From: an uncultured Ruficoccus sp.
GTDB lineage: Bacteria > Verrucomicrobiota > Verrucomicrobiia > Opitutales > Cerasicoccaceae
Assembly (NCBI GenBank): GCA_965140785.1
Contig: OZ223489.1
Location: 32,001 to 96,000 of the forward strand
Direction of reading: 5' to 3'
DNA: 64,000 nt
The position numbers and the translations under genes were made by a program. Below the pieces are notes generated by a model that ran no database searches, was not told the origin of the DNA, and worked only from the letters and a program-made list of their open reading frames with translations. Positions 29,379 through 39,091 of the stretch are shown one piece after another. The first letter of the stretch is position 1, and the number at the start of each line of letters is the position of its first letter.

Positions 29379-30257
29379 ATGAAACACCTCCGTCACCGCA
29401 TCCGCCTGAAAGCGCCGGGCCTGATCCTGCTCGCGTGCGGGTGGCTGGCCGCGTCGGCGGGCGCCTCGGACAAGATTGTGGTCAAGGGCTCGGACACCCT
29501 CGGAGCCAAGCTCATGCCGCGGCTCAAGGAGGAGTTTATCGCCATGAAAAAGGCCAAGGGCGAGACGGTGACCTTTGAAATCTCGGCCGAAGGCTCGCGC
29601 ACCGGCATCGCGGCCATCATCGACGGCAAGGCCGACCTGGCCATGTCCAGCCGCGAGCTTCAGAGCACGGAGCTGACCGAGGCCCGCTACAAGGGCGTCA
29701 ACCTCAAGGCCATCCCGGTCGGGGTGGACGGCATCGCCGTCATTGTCAACGAGGACAACCCGGTCAACAAGCTCGGCCTGCGCGAGGTGGAAATGATCTT
29801 CACCGGGGACATCGACGACTGGAGCGCGATCAGCCCGGTCCGCGGAAAGATCTCCACCTACACGCGCAATACCTCCTCGGGCACCTACAGCCTTTTTCAG
29901 AATCTGGCCCTGCATCAGCGCAACTACTCGCCCTTCGCCCAGAAGCTGGCCGGCAACGAACAGATCGCCTCCGAGGTGGCGAGCAACCCGCACGCGATCG
30001 GCTATGTCGGGCTGGCCTACACGCACACCCCCGGCGTCAAGGTCCTGCCCATCGACGGGAAAAAGCCCTCCAACGAGGGCTACCCGCTGGCCCGCCCCCT
30101 GTATTTTTATGTCAACGTGAACGAGGAGCACCCGCCCGCCGTGCAGGAGTTTATCGACTTTATCCTGAGCCCGGAGGGCCAGGCCGTGGTGGAGAGCGTG
30201 GACTTCCTGCCCGCCTCGCGCCTGAAGGAGATTTATCCCGAACTGGCGGCCGACTGA
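29379..30257 (+). CDS. pstS: Phosphate ABC transporter substrate-binding protein
   Basis: KGSDT, GSRTGI, AMSSR, RNTSSGT, YPLARPLY. Confidence 0.93.
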   Translation: MKHLRHRIRLKAPGLILLACGWLAASAGASDKIVVKGSDTLGAKLMPRLKEEFIAMKKAKGETVTFEISAEGSRTGIAAIIDGKADLAMSSRELQSTELTEARYKGVNLKAIPVGVDGIAVIVNEDNPVNKLGLREVEMIFTGDIDDWSAISPVRGKISTYTRNTSSGTYSLFQNLALHQRNYSPFAQKLAGNEQIASEVASNPHAIGYVGLAYTHTPGVKVLPIDGKKPSNEGYPLARPLYFYVNVNEEHPPAVQEFIDFILSPEGQAVVESVDFLPASRLKEIYPELAAD

Positions 30258-30421
30258 GCCGCCCTGCCTGCCCCCGTGAGCACGCCCGATGTCAACGGTC
30301 CGGACACATTCCGGGATTGCGATTGGCGGCGGTTTGCCCAAAAGCTTGGATCGACTACCCGCGCCGGGCGGCCTGACCGCCGGGGCGCTGATTCCCGCCG
30401 CACTCCGGTAAAACGCCTGCC

Positions 30422-31990
30422 ATGACCGGCTCCTCCTCCCAGCCACCGCTCAATCTGCGCCGCCGGCGCGACGCCCGTTTATTCGGCGTCGGACGCCAGG
30501 GTCTGCTGAAGGCGTTTTTCGGGGGCAACGCCATCGTCGCGGTGATCGTGCTGCTGTTGATCACGTTTTTCCTCTTCCGGGAGGGGTTGAGCTTTTTCCC
30601 GCAGTACCGGCAGGATATGGAGCTGTACCGCCGCAGCGGCATGGAGTACGCCTCTCTGGTCAAGCAGGAGCACGACCGCTTCAACGAGCTGCTCGGCCAG
30701 CTCGTCGATATCCGCAAGAAGCAGATCCGCCTGCTCGAGTCCGAGGGAAAGAGCCGGGACGAAATCGCCGCGCTGACCGCACCCATGCAGGCGTATTTCT
30801 ACACCTTCAGCGACCTGATTATCCCGCTGCGCGACTACCGGATCACCGTGCGCAACCTGGCGGCGGAGACTTACAAGCAGGCCCAGATCGCCGCAAGCCA
30901 ACAGCGGCTCGGTCACGGTCAAGATGCCGACCTGCAGGCGCACGCCATCGACTACGCCGGCACCATCGCCGAGATCAAGGCCACTTTCCCGCAGTTCACC
31001 GCGCTCAACAACCAGCTCGAGTCGGATATGCTCCAGGTCCTGCGCCGCTTCCCGCCGCAGGAGGAGCCCGCGCTCAAGGCCATGGCCGAGCGCTTCCGCA
31101 AGGACGCCATCGCCTTCACCGCCGGACTGCCGCGCTACGGGGCCACGCTGGCCGAGTGGGAGCCGGAGCGCCACGTGGGCCTGCTGGAGGCCATCAAGAG
31201 CTTTCTTTTCGGCCGCCACTGGATCGTCAACAACAACGGGCACAGCCTCTTCGGACTGTTGCCACTGTTGACCGGTTCGTTGCTGGTGACGGGCATAGCC
31301 ATCCTGCTGGCCATTCCCTTCGGCGTAGGCGCGGCCATCTACACCAACCAACTGGCCCGGCGCGGCGAGTCGAGCCTGATCAAGCCGTGCATCGAGTTCA
31401 TCACCGCCATTCCCTCGGTCGTGATCGGCTTTTTCGGGATCGCGGTCTTCGGCACGCTGGTGCGCGAGCTTTCCCAGGTCGCCTGGCTGGAGTGGCTGCC
31501 GGGCTTCCCCATCGCCGAGCGCCTGAACGCCTTCACCGCCGGGTGCCTGCTCGCGCTGATGGCCATCCCGACGATTTTCACCCTCTCCGAGGACGCCATC
31601 TCCCGCGTGCCCCGCGTCTATGCCGAGTCGTCGCTCGCGCTCGGGGCCACGCGCTTCCAGACCACGATGCGGATCATCGTCCCGACCGCGGTCAGCGGCA
31701 TCGTCTCGGCGGTGCTCCTGGGCATCGGGCGCGTCATCGGCGAGACGATGGTGGTGCTGCTGTGCGCGGGCAACCGCATCCGCATCCCGGACTTCACTGA
31801 GGGGCCGGGCGTGGTCTTCCAACCCGTGCACACCATGACCGGCATCATCGCCCAGGAGATGGGCGAAGTCGCCCAGGGCGGCATCCACTACCGGGCGCTG
31901 TTCTGCGTGGGCGTCGTGCTGTTTTTACTCACCCTGCTGATCAACTTCGCCGCGCAGCGGATCTTCCGCCACACCCGCGTGGGCGAATAA
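30422..31990 (+). CDS. pstC: Phosphate ABC permease with large extracytoplasmic insertion
   Basis: AIPSVVIG, GRVIGETMVV. Confidence 0.92.
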   Translation: MTGSSSQPPLNLRRRRDARLFGVGRQGLLKAFFGGNAIVAVIVLLLITFFLFREGLSFFPQYRQDMELYRRSGMEYASLVKQEHDRFNELLGQLVDIRKKQIRLLESEGKSRDEIAALTAPMQAYFYTFSDLIIPLRDYRITVRNLAAETYKQAQIAASQQRLGHGQDADLQAHAIDYAGTIAEIKATFPQFTALNNQLESDMLQVLRRFPPQEEPALKAMAERFRKDAIAFTAGLPRYGATLAEWEPERHVGLLEAIKSFLFGRHWIVNNNGHSLFGLLPLLTGSLLVTGIAILLAIPFGVGAAIYTNQLARRGESSLIKPCIEFITAIPSVVIGFFGIAVFGTLVRELSQVAWLEWLPGFPIAERLNAFTAGCLLALMAIPTIFTLSEDAISRVPRVYAESSLALGATRFQTTMRIIVPTAVSGIVSAVLLGIGRVIGETMVVLLCAGNRIRIPDFTEGPGVVFQPVHTMTGIIAQEMGEVAQGGIHYRALFCVGVVLFLLTLLINFAAQRIFRHTRVGE

Positions 31991-31999
31991 TCTTTTACC

Positions 32000-33055
32000 G
32001 TGAAGCCAACCCAAATCCGTCCCGCGAACAATCCCTTCCTGCCGCAGCCCTCGGGCACGCGGCGGGTGGAGAAGCTCGTGCGCTGGGTCCTGCGGGGGCT
32101 GACTTACTTCATCCTGGCGTGCATCTCGGCCATCATCCTGACCATCGCGGTCAGGGGCGCGCAGACGGTTTTCCAGCTCTCGTGGCCGTTCGTCAATGTC
32201 GAGTTCCTGACCCAGGCACCGGAGACGCTGCACGTCTTTGAGGTGGACGGACAGACGGTGGAGATGAGCGACTCGCAGTTCCGGGCGACGTATGAAGAGC
32301 AGGGGCTCAAGTCGCCCCCCACCCGGACCTACGCCCACGCCGGGGGCGGGATTTTCCCCGCCATTATCGGGACGCTTCTGCTGGTGGCCGGAGCGATGAC
32401 CATCGCCATGGCTCTCGGAATCGCCAGCGCGATCTTTTTGAGCGAATACGGCAAGCGCGGCCCCCTGCTGCGGCTGATCCGGCTGTCGATTCTCAACCTG
32501 GCCGGGGTGCCGTCCATCGTGTACGGGCTCTTCGGCTTCGGGCTGTTCGTCATTTTCCTGGACTGGAACATCTCGCTGCTGGCCGGGTGGTTCACGCTGG
32601 CCTTCATGGTGCTGCCGGTCATCATCGCCGCCAGCGAGGAAGCCCTGCGCAGCGTGCCCACCGGCTTCCGCGAGGCCTCGCTCGCGCTCGGAGCCACCCG
32701 CTGGACCATGATCCGCACCAGCGTCCTGCCCTATGCCACGCCGAGCATCCTCACCTCCTCGATTCTGGGCATCGCCCGGGTCGCGGGGGAGACCGCGCCC
32801 ATCATGTTCACCGCCGCCTACCTGCTGCGCGACCAGTTGCCCTGGGAGGGACTGGACCACTGGTACGACTTTTTCTTCCAGGGCGTCATGGCCCTTCCCT
32901 ACCACCTGTATGTGGTCAGCGCCAAGCTCCCGCAAAACGCCTACACCGAGCGCATGCAGTACGGCACGGCCTTCGTCTTTTTGGCCATCGTGGCGGCCAT
33001 GGCGTTGACCTCGATCATCCTGCGCACCAAGATCCGTTCCCGCCACAACTGGTAA
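32000..33055 (+). CDS. pstA: Phosphate ABC permease
   Basis: [23 protein letters not shown]. Confidence 0.93.
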   Translation: MKPTQIRPANNPFLPQPSGTRRVEKLVRWVLRGLTYFILACISAIILTIAVRGAQTVFQLSWPFVNVEFLTQAPETLHVFEVDGQTVEMSDSQFRATYEEQGLKSPPTRTYAHAGGGIFPAIIGTLLLVAGAMTIAMALGIASAIFLSEYGKRGPLLRLIRLSILNLAGVPSIVYGLFGFGLFVIFLDWNISLLAGWFTLAFMVLPVIIAASEEALRSVPTGFREASLALGATRWTMIRTSVLPYATPSILTSSILGIARVAGETAPIMFTAAYLLRDQLPWEGLDHWYDFFFQGVMALPYHLYVVSAKLPQNAYTERMQYGTAFVFLAIVAAMALTSIILRTKIRSRHNW

Positions 33056-33888
33056 TGACTTCCGCTCCCATGGACACGTCCCCGACAGCCCGCCCGGCCT
33101 CCAGCCCAACCTCCGACGCTAAAAGCCGGGCGCAGGCGCTGATTGAAATCGAGCACTTCGACTTTTTCTACGGGCAGACCCAGGCGCTCAAGGACATCAA
33201 CCTGACCGTCCAGGAAAACAGCGTAACCGCCCTGATCGGCCCTTCCGGCTGCGGCAAGACCACCCTCCTACGCTGCCTCAACCGACTCAACGACCTGACC
33301 GACTCGGCCCGCGTGGCCGGGGGGCGCATCCTCATCGGCGGCTACGACATCTACGACCGCGAGATCGACGTGATCGAGCTGCGCAAAAAGGTCGGCATGG
33401 TCTTCCAGAAGTCCAACCCCTTCCCCAAGTCGATCTACGACAACATCGCCTACGGCCTGCGCATCCAGGGTGTGCGCAACCGCGACCGGCTCGACGACAC
33501 CGTCGAAAAGTGCCTGCGCGCCGCCGCCCTCTGGGACGAGGTCAAGGACCGCCTCAACGACAGCGCCCTGACCCTCTCCGGCGGCCAGCAGCAGCGCCTG
33601 TGCATCGCCCGCGCCCTCGCCGTCGAGCCCGAGATACTGCTCATGGACGAGCCCTGCTCGGCCCTCGACCCGGTCGCCACCTCCAAGGTCGAGGAGCTCA
33701 TCCACTCCCTGCGCCTGGAGTACACGATCGTCATCGTCACCCACAACATGCAGCAGGCCGCCCGCGTCAGCGACCACACCGCTTTCTTCTACTTGGGCCG
33801 CATCGTCGAGCACAACGTGACCGAGGCCATCTTCATGAACCCCAAGGACCCCCAGACCGAAGCCTACGTCAGCGGCCGCTTCGGTTAG
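33055..33888 (+). CDS. pstB: Phosphate ABC ATPase
   Basis: [33 protein letters not shown] coupling to pstA. Confidence 0.95.
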   Translation: MTSAPMDTSPTARPASSPTSDAKSRAQALIEIEHFDFFYGQTQALKDINLTVQENSVTALIGPSGCGKTTLLRCLNRLNDLTDSARVAGGRILIGGYDIYDREIDVIELRKKVGMVFQKSNPFPKSIYDNIAYGLRIQGVRNRDRLDDTVEKCLRAAALWDEVKDRLNDSALTLSGGQQQRLCIARALAVEPEILLMDEPCSALDPVATSKVEELIHSLRLEYTIVIVTHNMQQAARVSDHTAFFYLGRIVEHNVTEAIFMNPKDPQTEAYVSGRFG

Positions 33889-33973
33889 ACGGAGAGCCTC
33901 CGCTGGCACTGAGGGGCTGCGCCCCTACGCGGCCAGAAAGGCCGCTACCCCTGATTGCTGGTCCAGCCGGACC
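33889..33973. repeat. REP/BIME-like hairpin mosaic
   Basis: AGGGGCTGCGCCCCTAC, GCGGCCAGAAAGGCCGCTAC, GGTCCAGCCGGACC. Confidence 0.75.
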
Positions 33974-34140
33974 CTGCACTTTCTATGCTCCGCATCGGCA
34001 TAAACTGTACTCGCAAGGGTTGAGTGCAGGTACGCCTCAGTAAAGACTTCAAGGTCGGTCCAGCGTTTGGGCGAAGCCCGGACGCTGGACCGAAAGTGCA
34101 GGCTGTGCCTGCCGCGGGGTGTGGGGGTGCGGAGCCCCCA
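33974..34140. repeat. Multi-branched structured element, copy 1 (copy 2 at 46039)
   Basis: CTGCACTTTC...GAAAGTGCAG closing stem; shared blocks with 46039-46285. Confidence 0.75.
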
Positions 34141-34146
34141 CAAACC

Positions 34147-35028
34147 TTACCCCAGCAGGATGCCGAGCGAGAGCAGGACGCCGTAGGCGAGCAGGAGCTG
34201 GGCGGTGCGGGCCAGCAGCCAATCGAAATCGCGCGGGCGATGGCCGCGGGAAAAAAGCACACAGAGGATGGCCGCGAAGGGCAACAGCAGGAGGGTCAGC
34301 AGTACCCAACCGCCGTAGCCCAGGCGCAGGAGCAGGTCCGGCACCGCGAACGCCACCAGCGCGCTCAAGCTATACTGGATGACGGCGTAGCGGTAGCCGA
34401 AGCGGACCGGCAGGGTGCGCTTGCCCACTTCGCGGTCGGTCTTGATGTCGCGGGCGTTGTTGACTACGAGAAGGTTGACCGAGAGCAGGCCGCAACCGGT
34501 GCCAGCCCAGAAGGCCCCCCAGGAGAAGGCGCCGGTCTGCACGTAGTCGGTGAACATAACCGCCACCAGCCCGAAGAAAATGAAGACAAAGATGTCGCCG
34601 AGGCCGTTATAGCCCAGCGGGTACGGGCCGCCGGTGTAGGCGACGGCGCAAAGGATGCTGAGGATGCCGACCGCAACCAGCCACCAGCCCCCGTAAATGA
34701 CCAGCAGCAGGCCGACCGCAAAGGCCGCGCCGAGCACAATCAGCGTCGCCCGCCACATCGCCTGGGGCGAAACCAGCCCGGTGGCCACGGCGCGCATGGG
34801 GCCGATCCGCTTGTCCGTGTCCGCCCCGTGGCGGAAGTCGAAATAGTCGTTGGCGTAGTTCGTGCCGATCTGGATCAGCAGGGCGAAAATCAGACAGATA
34901 AAGGCCGGGATGAAGCGAAAACCGCCCGCGTGGACCGCCACCGCCGTGCCCAGCAGGACGGGGACCACCGCCGCCGGCAAGGTCTTCGGACGGGCCGCAA
35001 GGAGCCAGATTTTCCAGGATTTTTTCAC
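34147..35028 (-). CDS. menA: 1,4-dihydroxy-2-naphthoate polyprenyltransferase
   Basis: ARPKTL, NYANDYFD, YTGGPYPLGY, NNARDIKTD. Confidence 0.93.
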   Translation of the reverse strand: MKKSWKIWLLAARPKTLPAAVVPVLLGTAVAVHAGGFRFIPAFICLIFALLIQIGTNYANDYFDFRHGADTDKRIGPMRAVATGLVSPQAMWRATLIVLGAAFAVGLLLVIYGGWWLVAVGILSILCAVAYTGGPYPLGYNGLGDIFVFIFFGLVAVMFTDYVQTGAFSWGAFWAGTGCGLLSVNLLVVNNARDIKTDREVGKRTLPVRFGYRYAVIQYSLSALVAFAVPDLLLRLGYGGWVLLTLLLLPFAAILCVLFSRGHRPRDFDWLLARTAQLLLAYGVLLSLGILLG

Positions 35029-35156
35029 ACGTACAGTTGTTGCGGAGCGTCGCTTCCACGCTTACAGCAAAGCACCAGCAGGCGAGTTATCTACCCGCGA
35101 CACCATGCCCTAAGCACGGAAATAGAAGCACGAAATGGACAACCTGTCCACCCCGC

Positions 35157-36128
35157 TCAGAGCGGTTCGCTCATAATGTACACGCGGCGCGTGAACGTCT
35201 GACCGTAGGTGTCCTTGAACTGATCCCAGTCCATACCCACCTCGTCCCAGTGGCCGGTATCCACCATGTTGGCGCCCTCGTCGCCGAGAACGGTCATCTT
35301 GACATCGGCATAGACGAGGTGGCCGTCCACGTGTGTGCTGTAAGGGGCAGAACCATCCGGGCTCTGGGAGATATAGATACCGTCGGCCACAACGAAGGCC
35401 CAAGGCGTCCCCGAAGCAGTTCCGTCACTCGTAATCGCTTTTATTCGGCGGGCTTGGTTAGGCTCATTCTCGTCGTAGTAGTAGAAGATTATCTGGAAGT
35501 TGACGACATTGGCACTGAGGTAGTTATCATCGCTCAGCAACTGACCGTCACCGTTTCCAGATATGCTCTGCCAGTAACTGGAATACAGCTTGTCCGTCGG
35601 AAAATCCGACATGCTCATGACGTCATCAAAGGTCGTCTCGGCATCAACCACTTTGCGGTAGAGGCCGTACTTCTGACCATCCGCCTCTGTGGCGCTATTG
35701 CTGCCTTCCGGATCAAAGGGGTTTTGAAATGCGGTCGCGTAGCCTACGGTGCAATAGTCTCCGGCCCTGCTACGGTCACGGTCCGTCACCGCGCAAAAGA
35801 AAAAGAGCTGCGTCTGAAAGGCGGCTTGCCCGACGGTGACATACCGCGCTTCCATCCAAGCCAAGCCCCGGGAATTGAAATACGCGGCCTCCAGATCCTG
35901 GTTGAGAAAGTCCAGGCCGATGCGGGCTTCGTAATTCTGCGCGAGCCGGTCGGAGGAGAAGTTCCAGGTGTTGAGCACGTTGCCGGTCAGGCTCAGTACC
36001 AGCAGGATAACCGCGACCATGATCCCGGTGGCCGCCATAATCTCCACCAGGGTGAACCCCCGGCGACCGGATGCCGCCTGGCGGGCGGGGAAAGATTTCG
36101 AATGCGTATCCTGGGAAAGGGTATTCAT
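35157..36128 (-). CDS. Prepilin-type protein (GspJ/Verru_Chthon C-like)
   Basis: RRG|FTLVEIM signal. Confidence 0.75.
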   Translation of the reverse strand: MNTLSQDTHSKSFPARQAASGRRGFTLVEIMAATGIMVAVILLVLSLTGNVLNTWNFSSDRLAQNYEARIGLDFLNQDLEAAYFNSRGLAWMEARYVTVGQAAFQTQLFFFCAVTDRDRSRAGDYCTVGYATAFQNPFDPEGSNSATEADGQKYGLYRKVVDAETTFDDVMSMSDFPTDKLYSSYWQSISGNGDGQLLSDDNYLSANVVNFQIIFYYYDENEPNQARRIKAITSDGTASGTPWAFVVADGIYISQSPDGSAPYSTHVDGHLVYADVKMTVLGDEGANMVDTGHWDEVGMDWDQFKDTYGQTFTRRVYIMSEPL

Positions 36129-36140
36129 AGAAGGGAGCAA

Positions 36141-36767
36141 TTATCTCAGTTTAGCCGAGGGATAGGAAAGGACACGGGTGCTTTCATTAAGGGACTGTTC
36201 CGGATTGGCAGTATTGAACCTCGCATCCATATCCAACTGATAAATCGTCACCAGGAAGGGGACATAAGCCTCGGTATCCGTATCCGCATAATCATACCCA
36301 TCAAGGGTCAACCGCTCGAACTTAACCACAAAAGCCGGGCCGGCCATGTTGGCGCGGTCGTCACTGGGCTCATTGACATTCGAGGTCCCGCCGTCCGCAT
36401 TGACTACGGTCGTTCGGCCGGGCTGACCTGTTTGCGGCTCAGACATGACGATATCAATGGTGCCATCTCCCATGTCACGCTCCCAGGCGTAGGCGTACAG
36501 GTCGGCAGTCCCGACGGGAGTCACATCGTCGTAGTCCATGTCGTTGTTGACCTTCGAATTGATCATGCCGACGAGAGCGGTGGCCTTGTTGCCGTCCACC
36601 ACCTCTTTGACCGAACCCATGGTGGGCGCGAACAAGCCCAGCATCGCCACCACGGCGAGCGAAAGCACGCCGATAGCCAGCACCACCTCGATGAGAGAGA
36701 ATGCCCGCGGGCGCCGGGAAAAGGTACCGGACCGGAGCGGAAAGGAAGTAATTGAAGGGCGTGCCAT
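36141..36767 (-). CDS. Prepilin-type protein (GspI/Verru_Chthon B-like)
   Basis: RA|FSLIEVVLAIGVLS..VAMLGL. Confidence 0.75.
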   Translation of the reverse strand: MARPSITSFPLRSGTFSRRPRAFSLIEVVLAIGVLSLAVVAMLGLFAPTMGSVKEVVDGNKATALVGMINSKVNNDMDYDDVTPVGTADLYAYAWERDMGDGTIDIVMSEPQTGQPGRTTVVNADGGTSNVNEPSDDRANMAGPAFVVKFERLTLDGYDYADTDTEAYVPFLVTIYQLDMDARFNTANPEQSLNESTRVLSYPSAKLR

Positions 36768-36786
36768 GTCCGTATTTACTGATTGT

Positions 36787-37488
36787 TTAATCAAGGTCGT
36801 TGTATTCGGCCAAGCTCACACTGCCAGTCCTGCGAATGTAGAAGCCGGTAACAGCATAGGGGTTGTCAAAGACCAGCTCGGGAATGTCGCCGGCGTAACC
36901 ACCCACACTGCCGGCGGCGAACACCACCTTATTGTTTGCCATGTTGGAGAAAAGCCCGTTGCTGTCGAATTGGAAAACATAGGCGTTCATCCTCACCCGG
37001 ACAGTCGAGGTTTCCGTCGGGCGGAAAGTGACCGCGGTGGTGCCGGTGTTATCGCTTTCCACCACCACCTGGCTATCGGTAAAATCGCTGCGCTGGGGGT
37101 AATAGTAAACTCCCTGCGGCAGGTAGGTACCGGCATTGGCGGCCACCCATATGTCCTGCGGGGTCGGGGTGCCACTGCCATCGTCCACCATCTCGGTGCC
37201 CGTGTAGTAGATGACCTGCATGAAGCGCAAGTACTTGGCCGCGTCGGTATCAGCGCCATTGCTCCCGTAGATCAGCACACGGGTCTTGGTTTGCTTAAGC
37301 ACGGCGATGGAGCGGGCGGACTGGAAGATACCGGCGGCGATGCGCTGGCTGCTGCCCAACGAGGTGGTGGCATTGCCTCCGCCCAGGGAAACGCCGATGA
37401 CCGTGGCCATGACTGCGATGATGCCGATAACGGCCAAGAGCTCGACCAGGGTAAACGCCCGGCGGGATTTTTCTGAAAAACGTCTCAT
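36787..37488 (-). CDS. Prepilin-type protein (GspH/Verru_Chthon D-like)
   Basis: RRA|FTLVELL; ARSIAV; FQFDSNG. Confidence 0.75.
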   Translation of the reverse strand: MRRFSEKSRRAFTLVELLAVIGIIAVMATVIGVSLGGGNATTSLGSSQRIAAGIFQSARSIAVLKQTKTRVLIYGSNGADTDAAKYLRFMQVIYYTGTEMVDDGSGTPTPQDIWVAANAGTYLPQGVYYYPQRSDFTDSQVVVESDNTGTTAVTFRPTETSTVRVRMNAYVFQFDSNGLFSNMANNKVVFAAGSVGGYAGDIPELVFDNPYAVTGFYIRRTGSVSLAEYNDLD

Positions 37489-37494
37489 ACTCGT

Positions 37495-38064
37495 TTATTC
37501 CCAGGAATAGACGCCCTCATAGCCCTCGCCATCGTTCTCCACGCTCCAGATAACGACCTTGGCGCGGGGGTCGTTTTTCACGGAACCGTCCCTCAGGCCA
37601 TTAATGGTTATTTTCCCATCCCCGTCCGTGTCGACCAGGATGACGATGTTGGAGTTGCCAAATGCGTCGTTGAGCACATTGCCCGTATTGACATCGAACT
37701 CGTCTTCAGCGAAGGAATAAAATGGCGCCGCCCGACGATTACCGCCTTCCTGGATCGGGTTGCCATTTTGCATATTACGTCCGGAGAGCGTCTCGACAAA
37801 CTCCCGGCTATTGGCAGTTGAACTGAGTGAGTACTGAGTATCCTCATCCAGAAAATCCGGGTAATAGCCGTAAGTACTTTTAAAGCTCTGAATGGCATTG
37901 GCCCAGCCGGTGAACTGGGCCTTGGTCTTGGCCTTGTTGGCGGCCTTGCGGGCAGCGCCGACCGTCGGGATGAGGATACTGGCCAAGATGCCGATGACCG
38001 CGATCACGGTCAGCAGTTCGATCAGGGTAAAGCCGCGGCGGCGGGGGCGAAGGGTCTTTTTCAT
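37495..38064 (-). CDS. Prepilin-type pseudopilin (GspG-like)
   Basis: RRG|FTLIELL; YGYYP; DAFGN. Confidence 0.8.
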   Translation of the reverse strand: MKKTLRPRRRGFTLIELLTVIAVIGILASILIPTVGAARKAANKAKTKAQFTGWANAIQSFKSTYGYYPDFLDEDTQYSLSSTANSREFVETLSGRNMQNGNPIQEGGNRRAAPFYSFAEDEFDVNTGNVLNDAFGNSNIVILVDTDGDGKITINGLRDGSVKNDPRAKVVIWSVENDGEGYEGVYSWE

Positions 38065-38081
38065 AGGGCGGATAAAGAAGG

Positions 38082-38753
38082 TTACTGAATTTCGAGGCCG
38101 TAAATGAGGTTGTCCGCTTTTTTATTGTTGTTGCTGATTTCACCAGCGTAGTCGTTCCCGTTCTGCGGGAAGGTACCGTCAGAGAAATCATAACCGTCAC
38201 CACTGGCGCCGCCCATATCGCGATCCGGTCCCAGTGACAGCAGGACGAAGCCCGAGTGATTCCAGGGGCTGGTGGCATTACTTTTATAATAGTATTTGTA
38301 GGGGCTGCCCCAGGGGTCGACAAAGTACAGATTCTCGCCATTACCGGCCGTCTCGATCAGGTTTTCGTCAATAAGGGCTGCCACGGGCTTTTTAGCCGCA
38401 GTGGAATCGTCGAGGTTGACCATCGTATAGTTGGCCCCCTGCTTGCGCAGGACCCGCTGCCCGGTGAGAACCTTGAACAAGTCTCGATCAACCGCCGAAT
38501 CCGTATTGTTCGCGGTCTGTGCACTGCCGGACAGCCAGGGGTAATCGCCGTATTTGAGCTTAAAAGTCTCCAAAGCGTTGGAAATGGCCTGGAGGTCGGC
38601 CTTGGCCCGGGCCTGCGACTGCTGATGATAAACACCGCGCTGCACGCCGACGACAATTCCAGCCAGGATCAGGATAACGCCCATCACCACCAGCAACTCG
38701 ATCAAAGTGAAGCCGGGGGTCGACTTCCGCATCTTCATAAGGGGGAACTTCAT
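38082..38753 (-). CDS. Prepilin-type pseudopilin (GspG-like)
   Basis: G|FTLIELL; YGDYP; DPWGSPYKY; LLSLGPD. Confidence 0.85.
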   Translation of the reverse strand: MKFPLMKMRKSTPGFTLIELLVVMGVILILAGIVVGVQRGVYHQQSQARAKADLQAISNALETFKLKYGDYPWLSGSAQTANNTDSAVDRDLFKVLTGQRVLRKQGANYTMVNLDDSTAAKKPVAALIDENLIETAGNGENLYFVDPWGSPYKYYYKSNATSPWNHSGFVLLSLGPDRDMGGASGDGYDFSDGTFPQNGNDYAGEISNNNKKADNLIYGLEIQ

Positions 38754-39091
38754 AGGGTAAGAATATAGGAGTCTGACACTGTCGCGCGTGCTGTCAATTG
38801 AGAAGCCACGCGGCTTTATCAGCCTCTTGGCTTAATATAGTATAGCCCGTCCGGGGCGAATTTGCATCCCTGCCCCCCGCTAAAACCCGAAAAACAGCCG
38901 CCGGAAAGCTGACGCTCGGAAAATTTGGGCTTGATTCTCCCGCATCGCCCTGAGAGCCTGTGTGCATCCGGGACGAACTTGTTCTACCCGCCCGGTGGCC
39001 CCTGAGGCCCGTCGCCGCAATGTCGCGGCAGACCCTTTTCCCCTTTTGCTCGCAGCCAGCCCTTCGGCTCCGCTACGCGAACCTCTTGTTT

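Noticed and set aside
32587..33054. N-terminal extension of PstB
   Set aside because: Overlaps pstA out of frame; the TAATG-coupled start at 33055 is more plausible
35037..36755. 572-aa plus-strand ORF
   Set aside because: Antisense to well-supported prepilin genes
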